A DNA stretch of 56,663 bases, the filler included, from Platydemus manokwari (taxonomy: Eukaryota), in the NCBI GenBank assembly GCA_037951405.1. It is 3 parts of 3 records of this genome, joined end to end, with 100 filler letters (N's around TTAATTAATTAA, not from the genome) between each part and the next. Parts side by side here need not be neighbours in the genome. Positions count along the whole stretch, not along the records: positions 1 to 30,885 come from JBBMOY011322537.1; positions 30,986 to 46,535 come from JBBMOY011275872.1; 1 more part is not named here. One strand, 5' to 3'. The notes under the pieces were generated by a model. It saw nothing but the letters and a program-made list of their open reading frames with translations, was not told where the DNA came from and searched no databases. Positions within the stretch are counted from its first letter, which is position 1. Every line of letters begins with the position of its first letter. The translations under genes were made by a program, and so were the position numbers. This document shows, one piece after another, positions 25,698-37,299 of the stretch.

Positions 25698-27146
25698 ATG
25701 CCATCTAATTTTCAAGACTTGTTTCGTAAAATGATGCATTGGTTTGTTTTTTCGTTGCTTTTATCAAAAGGATTTTCTTCGGATGCTTTAGTTTATTCGA
25801 ACAGGGACAAGATCATTAAACAAATTTTCGACAATTACAAAAGCAATGAAAGACCTTCAGAAAACAAACAGACAGTTGTAACAGTTTATATGAAAGTGTT
25901 AGCTATTAATTCGGTTGATGTTATCAAGATGGAATATTCTACAGATGTGTATTTGCGACAGGAATGGGTTGATGAAAGATTAGCTTGGGATCACATTGAT
26001 AGTTTGAAAGCCTTTAACAGTAATGTAGCCTCGCCTTCCCTCAAAGACAAATTATGGCTACCGGATTTATTCTTTCGAAATGGAAAAGAAGGTTATGTCC
26101 ATTCCATGACCACACCAAATTATCTTCTTCGACTAAAACCTAACGGAGAGGTTTTATATAGTCAAAAAATTACAATGAAATTTTCTTGTCAAATGGATTT
26201 ACAAACATTTCCAATGGACACTCAAGAGTGCAACATGGATATTGGTAGTTATGGATATACTTTAGATCAACTAAAATTTCAATGGAGGTCAAAGAGTCCA
26301 ATGATACTTCCTGAAATTATGCAAATTCCCGAGTTTAATCAACCCACAAATGTTCAAACCATAGACTGTAGTGAATTATCTTCTACATCCACTGGAGATT
26401 ATACGTGTATAAAGGCAACATTTTACCTCCAGCGTCAATTAGGAAGTTATCTAGCAAGTACTTATATACCAAATGTTTTAATTGTTATGGTATCTTGGTT
26501 AAATTTCTGGGTGAGTATCGATGCTGTTCCAGCTAGAATCACTTTGGGGCTATTAACGCTCTTAGGCATCTTAACACAGGCCACAGGTATGTCAGCAAAC
26601 TTGCCAAGAGTTAGCTACATTAAAGCTATTGATGTATGGATAATTGCGTGCATCATATTCGTTATTGGAGCTCTTATAGAATTTGCTGTAGCCAGTATGA
26701 TATCACGGAAAAGCAAATCGGAAGTATGGCAACGAGATGTACAAAATATTGTCCATCAGGAATTATACAAATGGTCAAAGATAGCTCTGAAAAAGCAGCA
26801 GTCCATAAGCTATTTACAAATGCATTTGATGAACAGTCCCAATCGAAATCCAGGCACAAATTTGGCTCAAATGAACCTCGAGAATAGTGACAATAATGAT
26901 TTTTATTTAGAGTTAGAAATCCTTCTCACAGCTCAGTTACTCAATGCCAATTCGAATCAACTGATCCGTAAATCTCCTTCGAAACCATTAGTTAGTGAAC
27001 CGCCAGTTCAAATTGATTCGGAAATTGATGGATACAGCCAATTTCTGTTTCCGGCTTTTTTCATGCTCTACAATTGTTTCTATTGGCTTTATTATCTCAT
27101 ACTAGTCCACAAGCGAAACATCCAGATGGGACTCGTTGGCAATTAG
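25698..27146 (+). CDS. Cys-loop ligand-gated chloride channel subunit (glutamate-gated chloride channel / glycine receptor-like), single exon, 482 aa
   Basis: Signal peptide, LWLPDLFF, Cys-loop CQMDLQTFPMDTQEC, second disulfide in loop C (C...TSTGDYTC), anion-selective PAR motif before M2, LPRVSYIKAIDVW, and M4 FLFPAFF. Confidence 0.95.
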   Translation: MPSNFQDLFRKMMHWFVFSLLLSKGFSSDALVYSNRDKIIKQIFDNYKSNERPSENKQTVVTVYMKVLAINSVDVIKMEYSTDVYLRQEWVDERLAWDHIDSLKAFNSNVASPSLKDKLWLPDLFFRNGKEGYVHSMTTPNYLLRLKPNGEVLYSQKITMKFSCQMDLQTFPMDTQECNMDIGSYGYTLDQLKFQWRSKSPMILPEIMQIPEFNQPTNVQTIDCSELSSTSTGDYTCIKATFYLQRQLGSYLASTYIPNVLIVMVSWLNFWVSIDAVPARITLGLLTLLGILTQATGMSANLPRVSYIKAIDVWIIACIIFVIGALIEFAVASMISRKSKSEVWQRDVQNIVHQELYKWSKIALKKQQSISYLQMHLMNSPNRNPGTNLAQMNLENSDNNDFYLELEILLTAQLLNANSNQLIRKSPSKPLVSEPPVQIDSEIDGYSQFLFPAFFMLYNCFYWLYYLILVHKRNIQMGLVGN

Positions 27147-27390
27147 AAGATGACAAATATTTACCATTAAATTTTACTATTTTTTACTTGTCAATTTAAT
27201 AATAAATTTAGTCAGCAAAATAGCGATTATAATTGCAATAAATAAAATAAATTATACACGAAAACACATTTTAAAAAATTAAAATTTGATATTGTTAAAA
27301 TTAATCATTACAAGTAGCCACACGCACAGCAACAATTAATATTAAAATATTTTTTGTTTTAATCTCTCATAAATGAAGAATACTGAACTA

Positions 27391-27597
27391 TTATTTAGAG
27401 TTGATAATATTATCTACTTGTGGGCTGTCAGGACCCAAATATTCTTCTTCTCCAACTATCAAATTGTCTTTTTGCTTAGCCGTACACACTCGAGGAATCT
27501 GTGGTGTGCCTTGATAGTCTAATCGATATTGGGATGTCATTCTATTTCCAGTAGCTAGTCGTTTCATGCTCCCTTCGCAGATTGCAGACGATGCCAT
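27391..27597 (-). CDS. Short ORF (68 aa from MASS) with one SAXO/Mn-like motif TSQYRLDY; possible ciliary microtubule-inner-protein fragment
   Basis: GC content higher than the flanks, good ATG context, and a T-S-x-Y-x-x-D-Y motif; possible 35-nt intron (27417-27383) to a terminal YSSFMRD* exon. Confidence 0.4.
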   Translation of the reverse strand: MASSAICEGSMKRLATGNRMTSQYRLDYQGTPQIPRVCTAKQKDNLIVGEEEYLGPDSPQVDNIINSK

Positions 27598-28592
27598 GAC
27601 GAAAATAAATTGTTTGTTTTCAAAATTGAAAATAGACTTATTCAAATTTTAAAATTAAATTTACAAATCGATATATTGATCAGATTGAAAATAACAAGTT
27701 AACGAGTGATTTAAGCTACTGATAAACTGAATCAATGAGTATTATGAGAACCAATATGAGAATAAAGGACACAGGAAATTCTATTGTTATTTTAATTGAA
27801 ATTCATGCAAAATCTATTTCTCTAAATATTGTTCAAGATTGAATTGTTTCATTATTGATATTTCGAGAACAAACGAAAGAAAAATTGAAAGTTGAATACA
27901 GGAAATTTATTTTCTAGCCACCTAGAAAATGTCAATTCAGATTTATTGAGCTTTTATTGTCCGTGGTTGACATAAATTCTCATAAAAATTTCGCTTTATT
28001 GTGAGAAATGTTTTTATTGTCGACTTAGTTCAATGATTTCGTCAGACAATAAGAGATTTTTTCAATTTATTTCTTGATTTTTACCAGTGAATATATTAAT
28101 ATATGATTTTAATGTTGTTATTTATTTGAATTTTTTAATTGGTTTTGAATTGTTAGAAATATTAAAATTTTATTAGTTATCTTTTATTAATTATTTTGCT
28201 TTAAGTCGCTATAATCGAAATATTTTTTTAAAATAATTTTTAGTTATCGTGGTTCGTATATGAAAATGGGTTAAGTTAAGAAAAGGGTCCTTTGACCTAC
28301 TTCGAAACGATGAATTTTCGCTTGAGATAATTTTATAACTTAATTTTATTTATAATTGCGGTGTTTGATTTATTCGTTATAGTCAATTAACATTTCAGTT
28401 TTTAATAAGCCGAATATGGATAAAATCTAGTTTTTAAACCAAGTTTCTAATTTAGTCACAATGCAACATGATTTTATGATTTAATAAATTTAAATTAATT
28501 TAATTATAAACTTAGGAAATTCATGATATTACTTGTTTTAATAAAATAATTGTAAAAATTCAAAGTATCTCAATTTGCTTCTAATATTAATA

Positions 28593-28880
28593 TAGGGTCC
28601 CCGCTAATTTTCAATAAATTGTAATTTGACTTAATTTGATCCGTTTTTCAAATAATCAAATTTTAGGAGATATTGTCGCTCAGGTGTATTTGATATTTTA
28701 TTTCAAATATCTAAAATTCTTCTTTAGTACTTAAATAAAAAATTCAAAATATTTTTAATGAATATAATTGTCAATATATTAAAATTTTAATTTTAGGACC
28801 CATTTTTTAGGAACTTTATTAATTTAAAAGAAACTTTTTTATTCTAAAAATACCGGTTATTATAAAATTATAAATTCGAT
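28593..28880 (+). mobile_element. Left end of a hAT-like DNA transposon
   Basis: Starts TAGGGTCCCCGCTAATTTTC (TAGGG-type terminus); downstream part homologous to 1-180. Confidence 0.5.
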
Positions 28881-29019
28881 TTTGTAATGACCTAAGTGTT
28901 TAACAATGGTATTGTAACTGATCATTAATATCCTTGATTAATTAATATAAGTCTAAAACTAATCAAGTATTCAGTCTGAGCAAACAAAAAACTATATTTT
29001 ACTTTAAACACGTTTAAAT

Positions 29020-30070
29020 TATTTACAATCGATCTACATGGAGGTATAATCAGTGGCTACTAAATCAATTTTCACCACCTTCAGAAATTGTCATTATAGT
29101 CAGTTGAAAGAGTTGATTCTGAAATCTACAAGTCGTTCATATCACTTAATTGACTATTTGGAACATATTGATTATATTATATTGTTTAAAATATTACACA
29201 TGGTGTTTCTTTCTCAATATTATCGTTAATATTCGGTGATATTATTCCTTTTTATATAAAATTGTGTTGTACTTATTATACAGGGGTTAACTTTTCCCTG
29301 CATTTATAATACCATATTCTTCTTTCTCCAGAAATCACGAACTTAAAGTGTTTTCTGGTAGAGGTCAAGACAATTTTGTTCTTTCTCCCTTGTTATAATT
29401 GAGTTAACAAGATATTTCATATACTGTAAATTCGCTGTGTTTTTATTCAGCTCCATTTTCATATTCATTTGGATTGGTTATTAAGATTGTTAAAGATTCT
29501 ATATTTCGATATACTTGATTATCATTTAACGAGTAAGTTGTTAGAGATGATTTAAACTTCGAATGTAATTTTTCAAAACTTATCATTTAATAATGTCTGA
29601 TTGAAATAATGCTTCACAGTTCATATGATCACTGATTCTATGTAACTGATTCTTCTCCTGTTAACTTCTTGATTAGTTTGTCTTTTAAAATTCTTCTAAA
29701 TTTATCAATTTGATATTACACTTGTTTCTTATTTTTCTTGTATTTCTGTTTCACGAGTTTTTATACGCTATTATATCAATTCTAACTTCTATTTCCTTTA
29801 GTTTAATAATTTAATTTTCTTATTATTTTTGCTCAATATTAATACTTTTGAATGCTATTAACACAATAGTGATTGGCTTTTTAAAATCATTTTCAAGACA
29901 ATCAATATTAATACTTTGAAGTATAAGGTAAGTCAAATATAAAAGATATCCGGAGCATTTAGGAATTCCTTCTGAATATAAACACAGACATGTATACATA
30001 GCCATGCATTTATATCAGACAATCCGAATCAAGATGATTTTCAAATAGCCTGGAAAAATGCACACATGTA
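29020..30070 (-). pseudogene. Decayed intronless ORF, possibly the region of a viral L polymerase downstream of motif E
   Basis: A-rich coding strand. FGLSDINA/MAMYTCLCLYSEGIPKCSGYLLYLTYLILQS loosely resembles the G..xD.....C...L..G.P segment that follows motif E in bunyaviral L proteins. Multiple stops. Confidence 0.3.
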
Positions 30071-30467
30071 CATAAATTATCAAAACAAACTAATGATTCA
30101 AAGAAAACGTTCCAGTAAAAATCAGTGTTTAATTAAGTTTGAAAACTACCAGTAGAAATGTATGAAGCTGTTGAGGGTCTTCATTATCTTTATAACAAGA
30201 GACTAATCTGTGACCTAATGTCAGTTGATATTATTATTGTATTGTGATATAATTATTTGTCAATATTTTTTGTTTATTGTGTAATTTTTTGCAACCGAGA
30301 ATTTTGAAAATAAAACAAGTGACAGGTTTGAGTAAATACAAATACAAAGGTCCAAATCAATCGATGAATTTGTTTACTATATGCATTATTTTAAAATATG
30401 ATTAATGAGAAAGTGTTAATGAAATCTTTCTATGAAAATTAGTACAGAAGCAGAGCAAATATATCAT

Positions 30468-31445
30468 TTAGTTTGTAGATATTACAAATATTCCAAAAGT
30501 TGATTTTAGTAAGCTTAGAATTGCTTCAAATGTTCTCTTTATAAGTGAAGAACTCAACAAATAAAAATATAAATAAAAATAAATAAATAAAAGGTTTATA
30601 GCTAATATAAATTAATAAAAATTTAATTTGATATTTTTAGAGTTAAAAATAAATAATCAGTTTTAGAATACAGTATTAATTGTTTGAAATGAAATAATTG
30701 TTGCTCAAAATAAATTTCAAGGTAAAATAAATAACGAAATTAAATATTGAAACCGATATTAATTAGTTTATTTAATTAATATTTATATTTGATAAATATT
30801 GGGTGTATAACCTTAAAATTTCGATTTGATAAAAGATGTCGCTGGGAGTATTGCTTGCATATAATGTCGTATGGTAATACTTTTTNNNNNNNNNNNNNNN
30901 NNNNNNNNNNNNNNNNNNNNNNNNNNNNNTTAATTAATTAANNNNNNNNNNNNNNNNNNNNNNNNNNNNNNNNNNNNNNNNNNNNAAAATAATTAATTAA
31001 TTAATTAACTAATTGAAATTAATGAAAAATCCCACTTTTGTAATTTGATATTCACATATGGATTGCGCACATAAAGAGCATTTTGTAAATAATCAATAGC
31101 TGGTTGAATAATGTAGGCCTATTCAATTAATATAATTAATTATTAAAATTAATCAATTAATTACTTTATACAAGAACGAATGTCTCTGCAAATTGAAAGA
31201 GTCATCATAGTGAGGATAAATTCGTAAATTATTTAATGTTCTTTTCCTACGCCTGATTTTAATATAGTCTTGTTTGACACTGATTCCAGCCTGTAAAATT
31301 AGATAAATCGTAACATTGGTTCTACATTATAACTTTATCGTTCTCCAAATCGAGTGCACATTTATAATAGAATGGACTGCTAGGATAATTCGATATTAAA
31401 TCAATACTATACATACATAGTATCACGAGAAGCACCGAAGAACAT
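30468..31445 (-). CDS. LMLN: Leishmanolysin-like peptidase (invadolysin, M8 family), interrupted by an assembly gap; exons 31417-31445, 31334-31379, 31165-31290, 31036-31118, [gap], possibly 30812-30885 and 30468-30536
   Basis: Spliced N-terminus ...IRRRKRTLNNLRIYPHYDDSFNL...YIIQPAIDYLQNALYVRNPYVNIKLQ matches the LMLN pattern (R.KR..LRI..YD.S; P.AI.YL..A..VR). GT-AG introns are in phase. The post-gap exons (PYDIICKQ, hydrophobic tail) and the start codon are tentative. Confidence 0.75.
30886..30985. other. Artificial scaffold join (44 N + TTAATTAATTAA + 44 N)
   Basis: Six-frame stop linker; identical structure at 46536-46635. Confidence 0.97.
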
Positions 31446-31829
31446 GAAATTATATTAATCTAAAAAATAAATTCAAAAAATTGTAAAAATTTAATTTGCT
31501 TTTTATTTATTGATCTTTTTTTTCAGGTGTCAAGCTAGTTAATATGAGAACATTCAACATTAAAATTTATTTGTAAAATGATATTTTATTGAAATATTTA
31601 AAAACGCGCGTCATAAAATTATTATTGCAATAAATAAATATAAACAAATTTTCGAATTAAATTTTTGGTTCAGGTCTGAGAAACTTGATAAAAACCGTAA
31701 ACAATGAAGTCGAAAATTTGATTACTGCCACTTGATGAGTAGAAGATTTTAAATTCTACACCAACAATTTACTTTGGATTTTTAATTTACATCTCAAGGA
31801 TCTTAATTTTGTTTGATGATATTTTATTA

Positions 31830-32400
31830 AAACTTGACAATAAAAGTTTGAAATTATGTTAAAAAATCATCTGTAAAGGTTTCAGTAAAAGATAATTTCA
31901 ATAAATTTAAATGTGTTGAACTAATGAATAGCCCGTTAAAAATATACATGTAGTTCATTAGCATAAACTTCACTTTTCCTGTCAGTAATACACAATGATT
32001 CATGGCACACAATTAAAAATAAACAATACCAAGAAACGTGTTCCTAAATCGATGGTCGAGTCCTATAATAAGCTCAATTGTGCTAGTTTATTTACATTTT
32101 CTACTCCTTTCATTAGTAAACTTAGTTAAGGTTAAAATGTCATTTATTTCATAAAGGAATGAAAATTTAGCCAAATTTATTTTGAGAGTTTCTAATAGAA
32201 TATTTGAGCTCATAAGTAATCTCAGCCTGTTAATGGGAGTACGTAGTGAACTTTATACTCCTTTAACATCTGCAGATTGCTTATGAAATCCGTTTACATC
32301 ACTGAATTGTATATTATTTATTTCAATGTCAACGCCGAACTCCAAATACACCTCATAAACCATCGAGAAGATACTGTAATTATGCTATCAAATCAATATG
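31830..32400 (-). pseudogene. Decayed intronless ORF of unknown family
   Basis: A single frame of about 190 codons (YSIFSMVYEVYLEFGVDIEINNIQFSDVNGFHKQ...IIGLDHRFRNTFLG...FTETFTDDFLT) with only about 4 stops, fewer than expected at this AT content. Confidence 0.4.
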
Positions 32401-32768
32401 TAATGAACACCATTTGTTAAGCAGCACTATAAATTTATCATTGATTAAAAATCAACATTTGATGAGTTAAGTGTTTATCCATAATTTTTGTGAGAAATTA
32501 GTCGATACTTACAAATTTATTTCTCTCTATTACGTAGCTGAGGGTTGAGTATTGAATCAAGAACCGATCGAATTTTAATTTTCAGTTTTTGATGAAATTC
32601 TCAAATCATGCTACTGAAATCAGAACAACATCGATTTTGATTTGTAATTATTGGCATGAAATATCATTGAATCATTATTTTTGATAGATCAAATCTATTT
32701 GTTTAGGCTATTGATTGTTGCTCGGGGTTTATATTGATTAGATTAAACATAAATTCATTCATTTTTAG

Positions 32769-33230
32769 ACGTTCCAATTGGCAAAGTCCACTCTGACAAT
32801 TTGAGATTCTAGAAGAATCTATTTTGTAAAATTCGTCAAGGAATTTCAACAATTTAATACTCGATTTACTTTAATTGAGTGCAGAAGAAGAGATCAATAA
32901 ATATCAAATTAAATCGATATCTGTTTCGATGAGATCAAACTTGAAAATCAATCGCAAAAAAATTCTCTATATGAGCTGAAGAGTTTTGAAGGTAAAAATG
33001 TTTTTTAATCAAAAAAATTGACAAAACCTCTCTTGTCAGGATGGAGTGGAGATTTCGATCAAATTAAAGTTTACAATTGCAAAGTAGAAAAATATCGAAA
33101 TTTCACCAACATTATTTTAATTTTGATTTTAGTAATTCAAATATTTTTTTGTTTATCAAAAAATTTTCTTGTCCAATTTTTATTTTGTAGCTCATTAGTT
33201 TTTATATTGATTTTTAAAAAGTATAAATAA
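32769..33230 (+). pseudogene. Terminal exons of a decayed secreted or membrane protein gene
   Basis: GAAG|GTAAAA...TGTCAG|GA intron (about 32992-33039); last exon WSGDFDQIKVYNC followed by a hydrophobic tail (LamG-like domain end); the preceding exon contains stops. Confidence 0.3.
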
Positions 33231-34801
33231 CTTAATCAAGGAAAATATCGTCAATATAATAACCATTTATATTTCAGCAATTTAATTTTCTCCAAAAATT
33301 CCTTGACCTTGATCTCAATGAAATTCGATTAAAATGTGATTTGAAAGTTTTTTAAAATTATTATCATTTTTATTAAAATGAAAATGTGATGGTTGGGGTT
33401 TGAGCTGAATGAGAAATGATCAAAATTTATTGATAAATAAGTGATGTGCTAGACAATATCGATTAATTCTACCATTTGTTGCTTGCTATGATGAAGATGG
33501 GCTTGAAACCAAATTTAACCCAAAATCAATTATTGAAGTGAATTCTTTTTGGTTCGTGATCACTGCTTCCAACTCTATTACTGACACTCACTCCCGAATA
33601 GACGCTCTTATGAAAATACAAAACCCGGTGGTTATTAAATGATTAGTTAAACCTCGTCAATAATTATGGATTAAAACAAAATCACAATTGATTATTATTT
33701 ACTAGACAGCTACGAATGCTCAATCGAAATCTAGCTGTCAACCAAATGAGAACATGAAATTTTCGTATGAAAATTTATTCATTTCAACAAAAATAACAAT
33801 AACGAAAACATACTCATTTAATTACCAAGATGTCTACTGGTATGTAGATTCCGTCTTGTATAAACGGTACGGAAGATCTATGGAATATGTCACAATTAAG
33901 TTGTCGAAAAATATTTTACTTGCGTTAGCGTTCTTCTCCTTGTATAATTGTTGCAACACCGCGGTGAAAGAGATACAGGCACACTTATAAAATAATACCG
34001 TTTAAAAACACATGATATTTATTAACTAAGCTCAACAGTGTTTATACTGCCCATTGATTTTTCAACCAAATTTAATTTACATATAATTTAATTACATATT
34101 TTTCTTGATTTATGCTTGTATGCGAGCGGTTGTGATAAATTATTTATTTTTGAAATTCATGTTATTGCTGATATTTTCCCTTGATTTTTCAAAACAAAAC
34201 ATGTTCTCCATTTATTAGCAATTCAAGATTTGAAGCAATAAAATATTCAATTCGATCTAATAAAAATATAATAGACACTCAAAATTCCAATCATAATTGT
34301 TGACTACGCATCAATTATTAGTACCAAATGTCCTTTAATCTTCTTCTCCGTATGCGTGCTGCGTTCCTGATTTTATATTGAAATTATTGATCATATTAAA
34401 CATACAAAGTTACGTATGCACATTCATACATTGGTGCTGCTGAATGCACGCCGACCCTACAAATATGGACACAAGTATGCGTCAAACACTGATGGAAGTC
34501 GTTCTCGATCTCATATTTTAAATTATTATCACATTTTCTTCTTGTATTTTATTATTTAATAGATCTAAATTATTACCTCATCGAAATCCTTGGGCCATTA
34601 AGTTCAAATAATAAATAAGGGAGAAATATTAAATCAAAATTTTATATTTAATTATATAAATGATAATTAATCACGGATAAGCAATTGTTGAAAAAATTAT
34701 CACATCGATTTTAAATTGATTTCGTAAATAAACAAATGGATTGCTTTCAAAAATTCGTAACAAATAGCAAGAATAGACGCAATCATTCACAGTGATTAAA
34801 G

Positions 34802-35798
34802 TGTTGGGGTTCTGGCCCAACTAGTTACTTTAAAACAATTGATTTACATTGAAAAATGTTTGCATGACAGTACGTATCAAATGTGTATTAATTTTTATTT
34901 TTTATCTACGTGTATTTTTATGACCTTCGCTTTCTGGAGAAAAAACCTGTTTAAAATATTGGTATTTATAATAATCATTATTTATAAACGTAAAATAATA
35001 TTTCCAATAAAATCCCCAATCGAAAACCCGTCGAAATTTTCTAGAAAAATTAATTAATTTATAAAATATTAATACGCAATGAGATATCGCGCAGTAACAG
35101 CAACAAATAAATTGTCATCTGTCTCTGCGCATGAAAATTCTGTAGCAGAATAAAATATATCACTCGATTGAATTTAATCGAGAGATATTTTCTCTGCTTA
35201 ATAAATTTATTCAGAGAGAATTTCTCTCTCCAGTGAATAAATTCACTGGCATTAAATTTAATCGCAGACAATATCTGCGAGTGATTCACTGCCTATATAA
35301 GGCAGTGATTTCAATCAACATCGACACTATTAGACACAATTTTTTGGACATAATTTTTCGCAGTTAATTGCCGTTACTATCGCTGCTTGACGTTGCATCA
35401 ATTGGAGAAGAACCATCGTTCAACTTCGACGCACTCAAGAAGATCATCTGGTGCAGAAGATCAATTGTTCCTGTATATGCCAGGCATTTGCTGGAAGACC
35501 CAAAGTAAGACCTTACCTGTAAAATCATAATCAATATTATGTACCTTATTTCACGTTATTGTCATATTGTCTCAAAACATCTTAAAGGTAAAGGTTCGGC
35601 TTCTAGAGTTGAAGTTTGCAACCGTTTCCTTTCCAGAAATTGTAGGTGTCATCGTCTAAGTCATTTTTATATTTGCTGTATAGTGTAGTTTCAACCAAAA
35701 CATGTGTTGTATAATTGTATTTTGTTGTATATTTCGTAGTTAATAAACGTTATTGTAAACGAAAGTTTGTTAAGTTGATGATTAGATAGGATAGCACA
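34802..35798 (+). mobile_element. Candidate LTR (about 1 kb) of a retrotransposon, possibly followed by decayed internal leader to about 36250
   Basis: TGTTGGGG...TAGCACA termini, TATATAA at about 35294, AATAAA at about 35742; no target-site duplication or clear PBS found. Confidence 0.5.
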
Positions 35799-37299
35799 TT
35801 TAAAATCTGAGTTTGACTTAAAACTGAATAAATTGTATTTGAGACTGATTGAGACTGATAATTGTAAAGTTAGTTATAAAATATAGCAACATGATCATTT
35901 CTGCCTATCATACTATCTCCATATAGTATTGATAGCGAGGTGAAGAAAGAAGATAATAAGATAAGGTTTAATTGTGTGTGCCTTAAGCTGTTGATCAGAG
36001 CTCACGGAGACTGGTCAATACGGCATTGATCCACAATAAAATATTGAATATAGAGACTGATAATAAAATTAACAAAGCAATCCCAAACACCAACAGTTAT
36101 ACGTAGTTCATTACAGGTGCTTAATAGACAAAACATGAACATGGATGAAGAATATTAAATATACATGAACTACAGAACATTGAGGAAACTAATGCCATTT
36201 ATGATACAATCTCTATTAGCAACTTTCTATTTTGCAGATAGCATCACTCTGTGAAGAAAGTTTTTTTTTAATTTAGTTTATTATATTAAATTTTTAAGGA
36301 TATTTCATGCATTGAGATTAATTTAATAGTTTATTGCAATGTTTTACAATAGTTGGTATATAGAAGGTGTTATGAATCATTTAATAATTCGCTTAGTGAT
36401 CAATTGGAACTCAAGGGCTTTATTATTTCACGAGAATTTATTATCTTTGCATTTTGTTGGGAAACCATTAACCGGCTAATGTTTTGCTAGATGGTGAAGA
36501 AAGTAAATAAAAAATCCTCCTATTGCCATCAGCACATATGGTGAATAAAAGAGCAAAATAGCTGGGGAAAACACCTGCAAACAACAACAGAGAAAAACAC
36601 ATTATTGCTCACATCCACATCACTGCCCCCAATCAACAACAAACCAAACATCCCAAAATAAGTTTAAAAAGCCGACCGCAACAATTAAACCAAACCCCAA
36701 ATGAAAGACATGGGAAATGAGAAACTGGAGTGTGAATCTGGATGGCTAGAAATCAGTAATAAATTCTACTTGTACTGCTCCCAAGGCTTATTCGACAATC
36801 AAAAATATCCATTCCAAAATATTCATTTGACTATCTAGAGAAATACTCATAACAATTTTCTCGAAGTCTTGTGAATAATTGATATCCGATTCGATATCTG
36901 ATTTTAACTTCTAAAATTGTGCAAATTCGATAATTGATTATAATTTTTAAGATATTGATATCAGACTATTTGATCTGTAAATATCTGATTGTTTTTATTA
37001 TAAAAAAATTGATTTTTTATTGATATTGTAAACTATTTCAATAAAATATATATTATTATTATTTATAAATCTACTTCAATCAATATAAAAATCCATCAAT
37101 TCTTATATATAATTTTAATGTCTGAATTTTAAATAATGAAAATTATATACTTTTATTATTAATTATTTTTGGTTATTTTGGTGTCCAACAAAAAAGCTAT
37201 AAGTAGAGAAAATAAAAAAAAATATTGTAAATATGCGCAAAAAAAAATTCAAAAAATATAACGATAAAAATCGAAACAATTAACAAATCAAATTTGGAG

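Noticed and set aside
26636-26887. Alternative-frame and antisense ORFs inside the channel gene
   Set aside because: Shadows of the 482-aa CDS
30930-30941. TTAATTAATTAA palindrome inside N runs (also 46580-46591)
   Set aside because: Identical 44N-12-44N layout twice; an assembly linker with stops in all six frames, not biological
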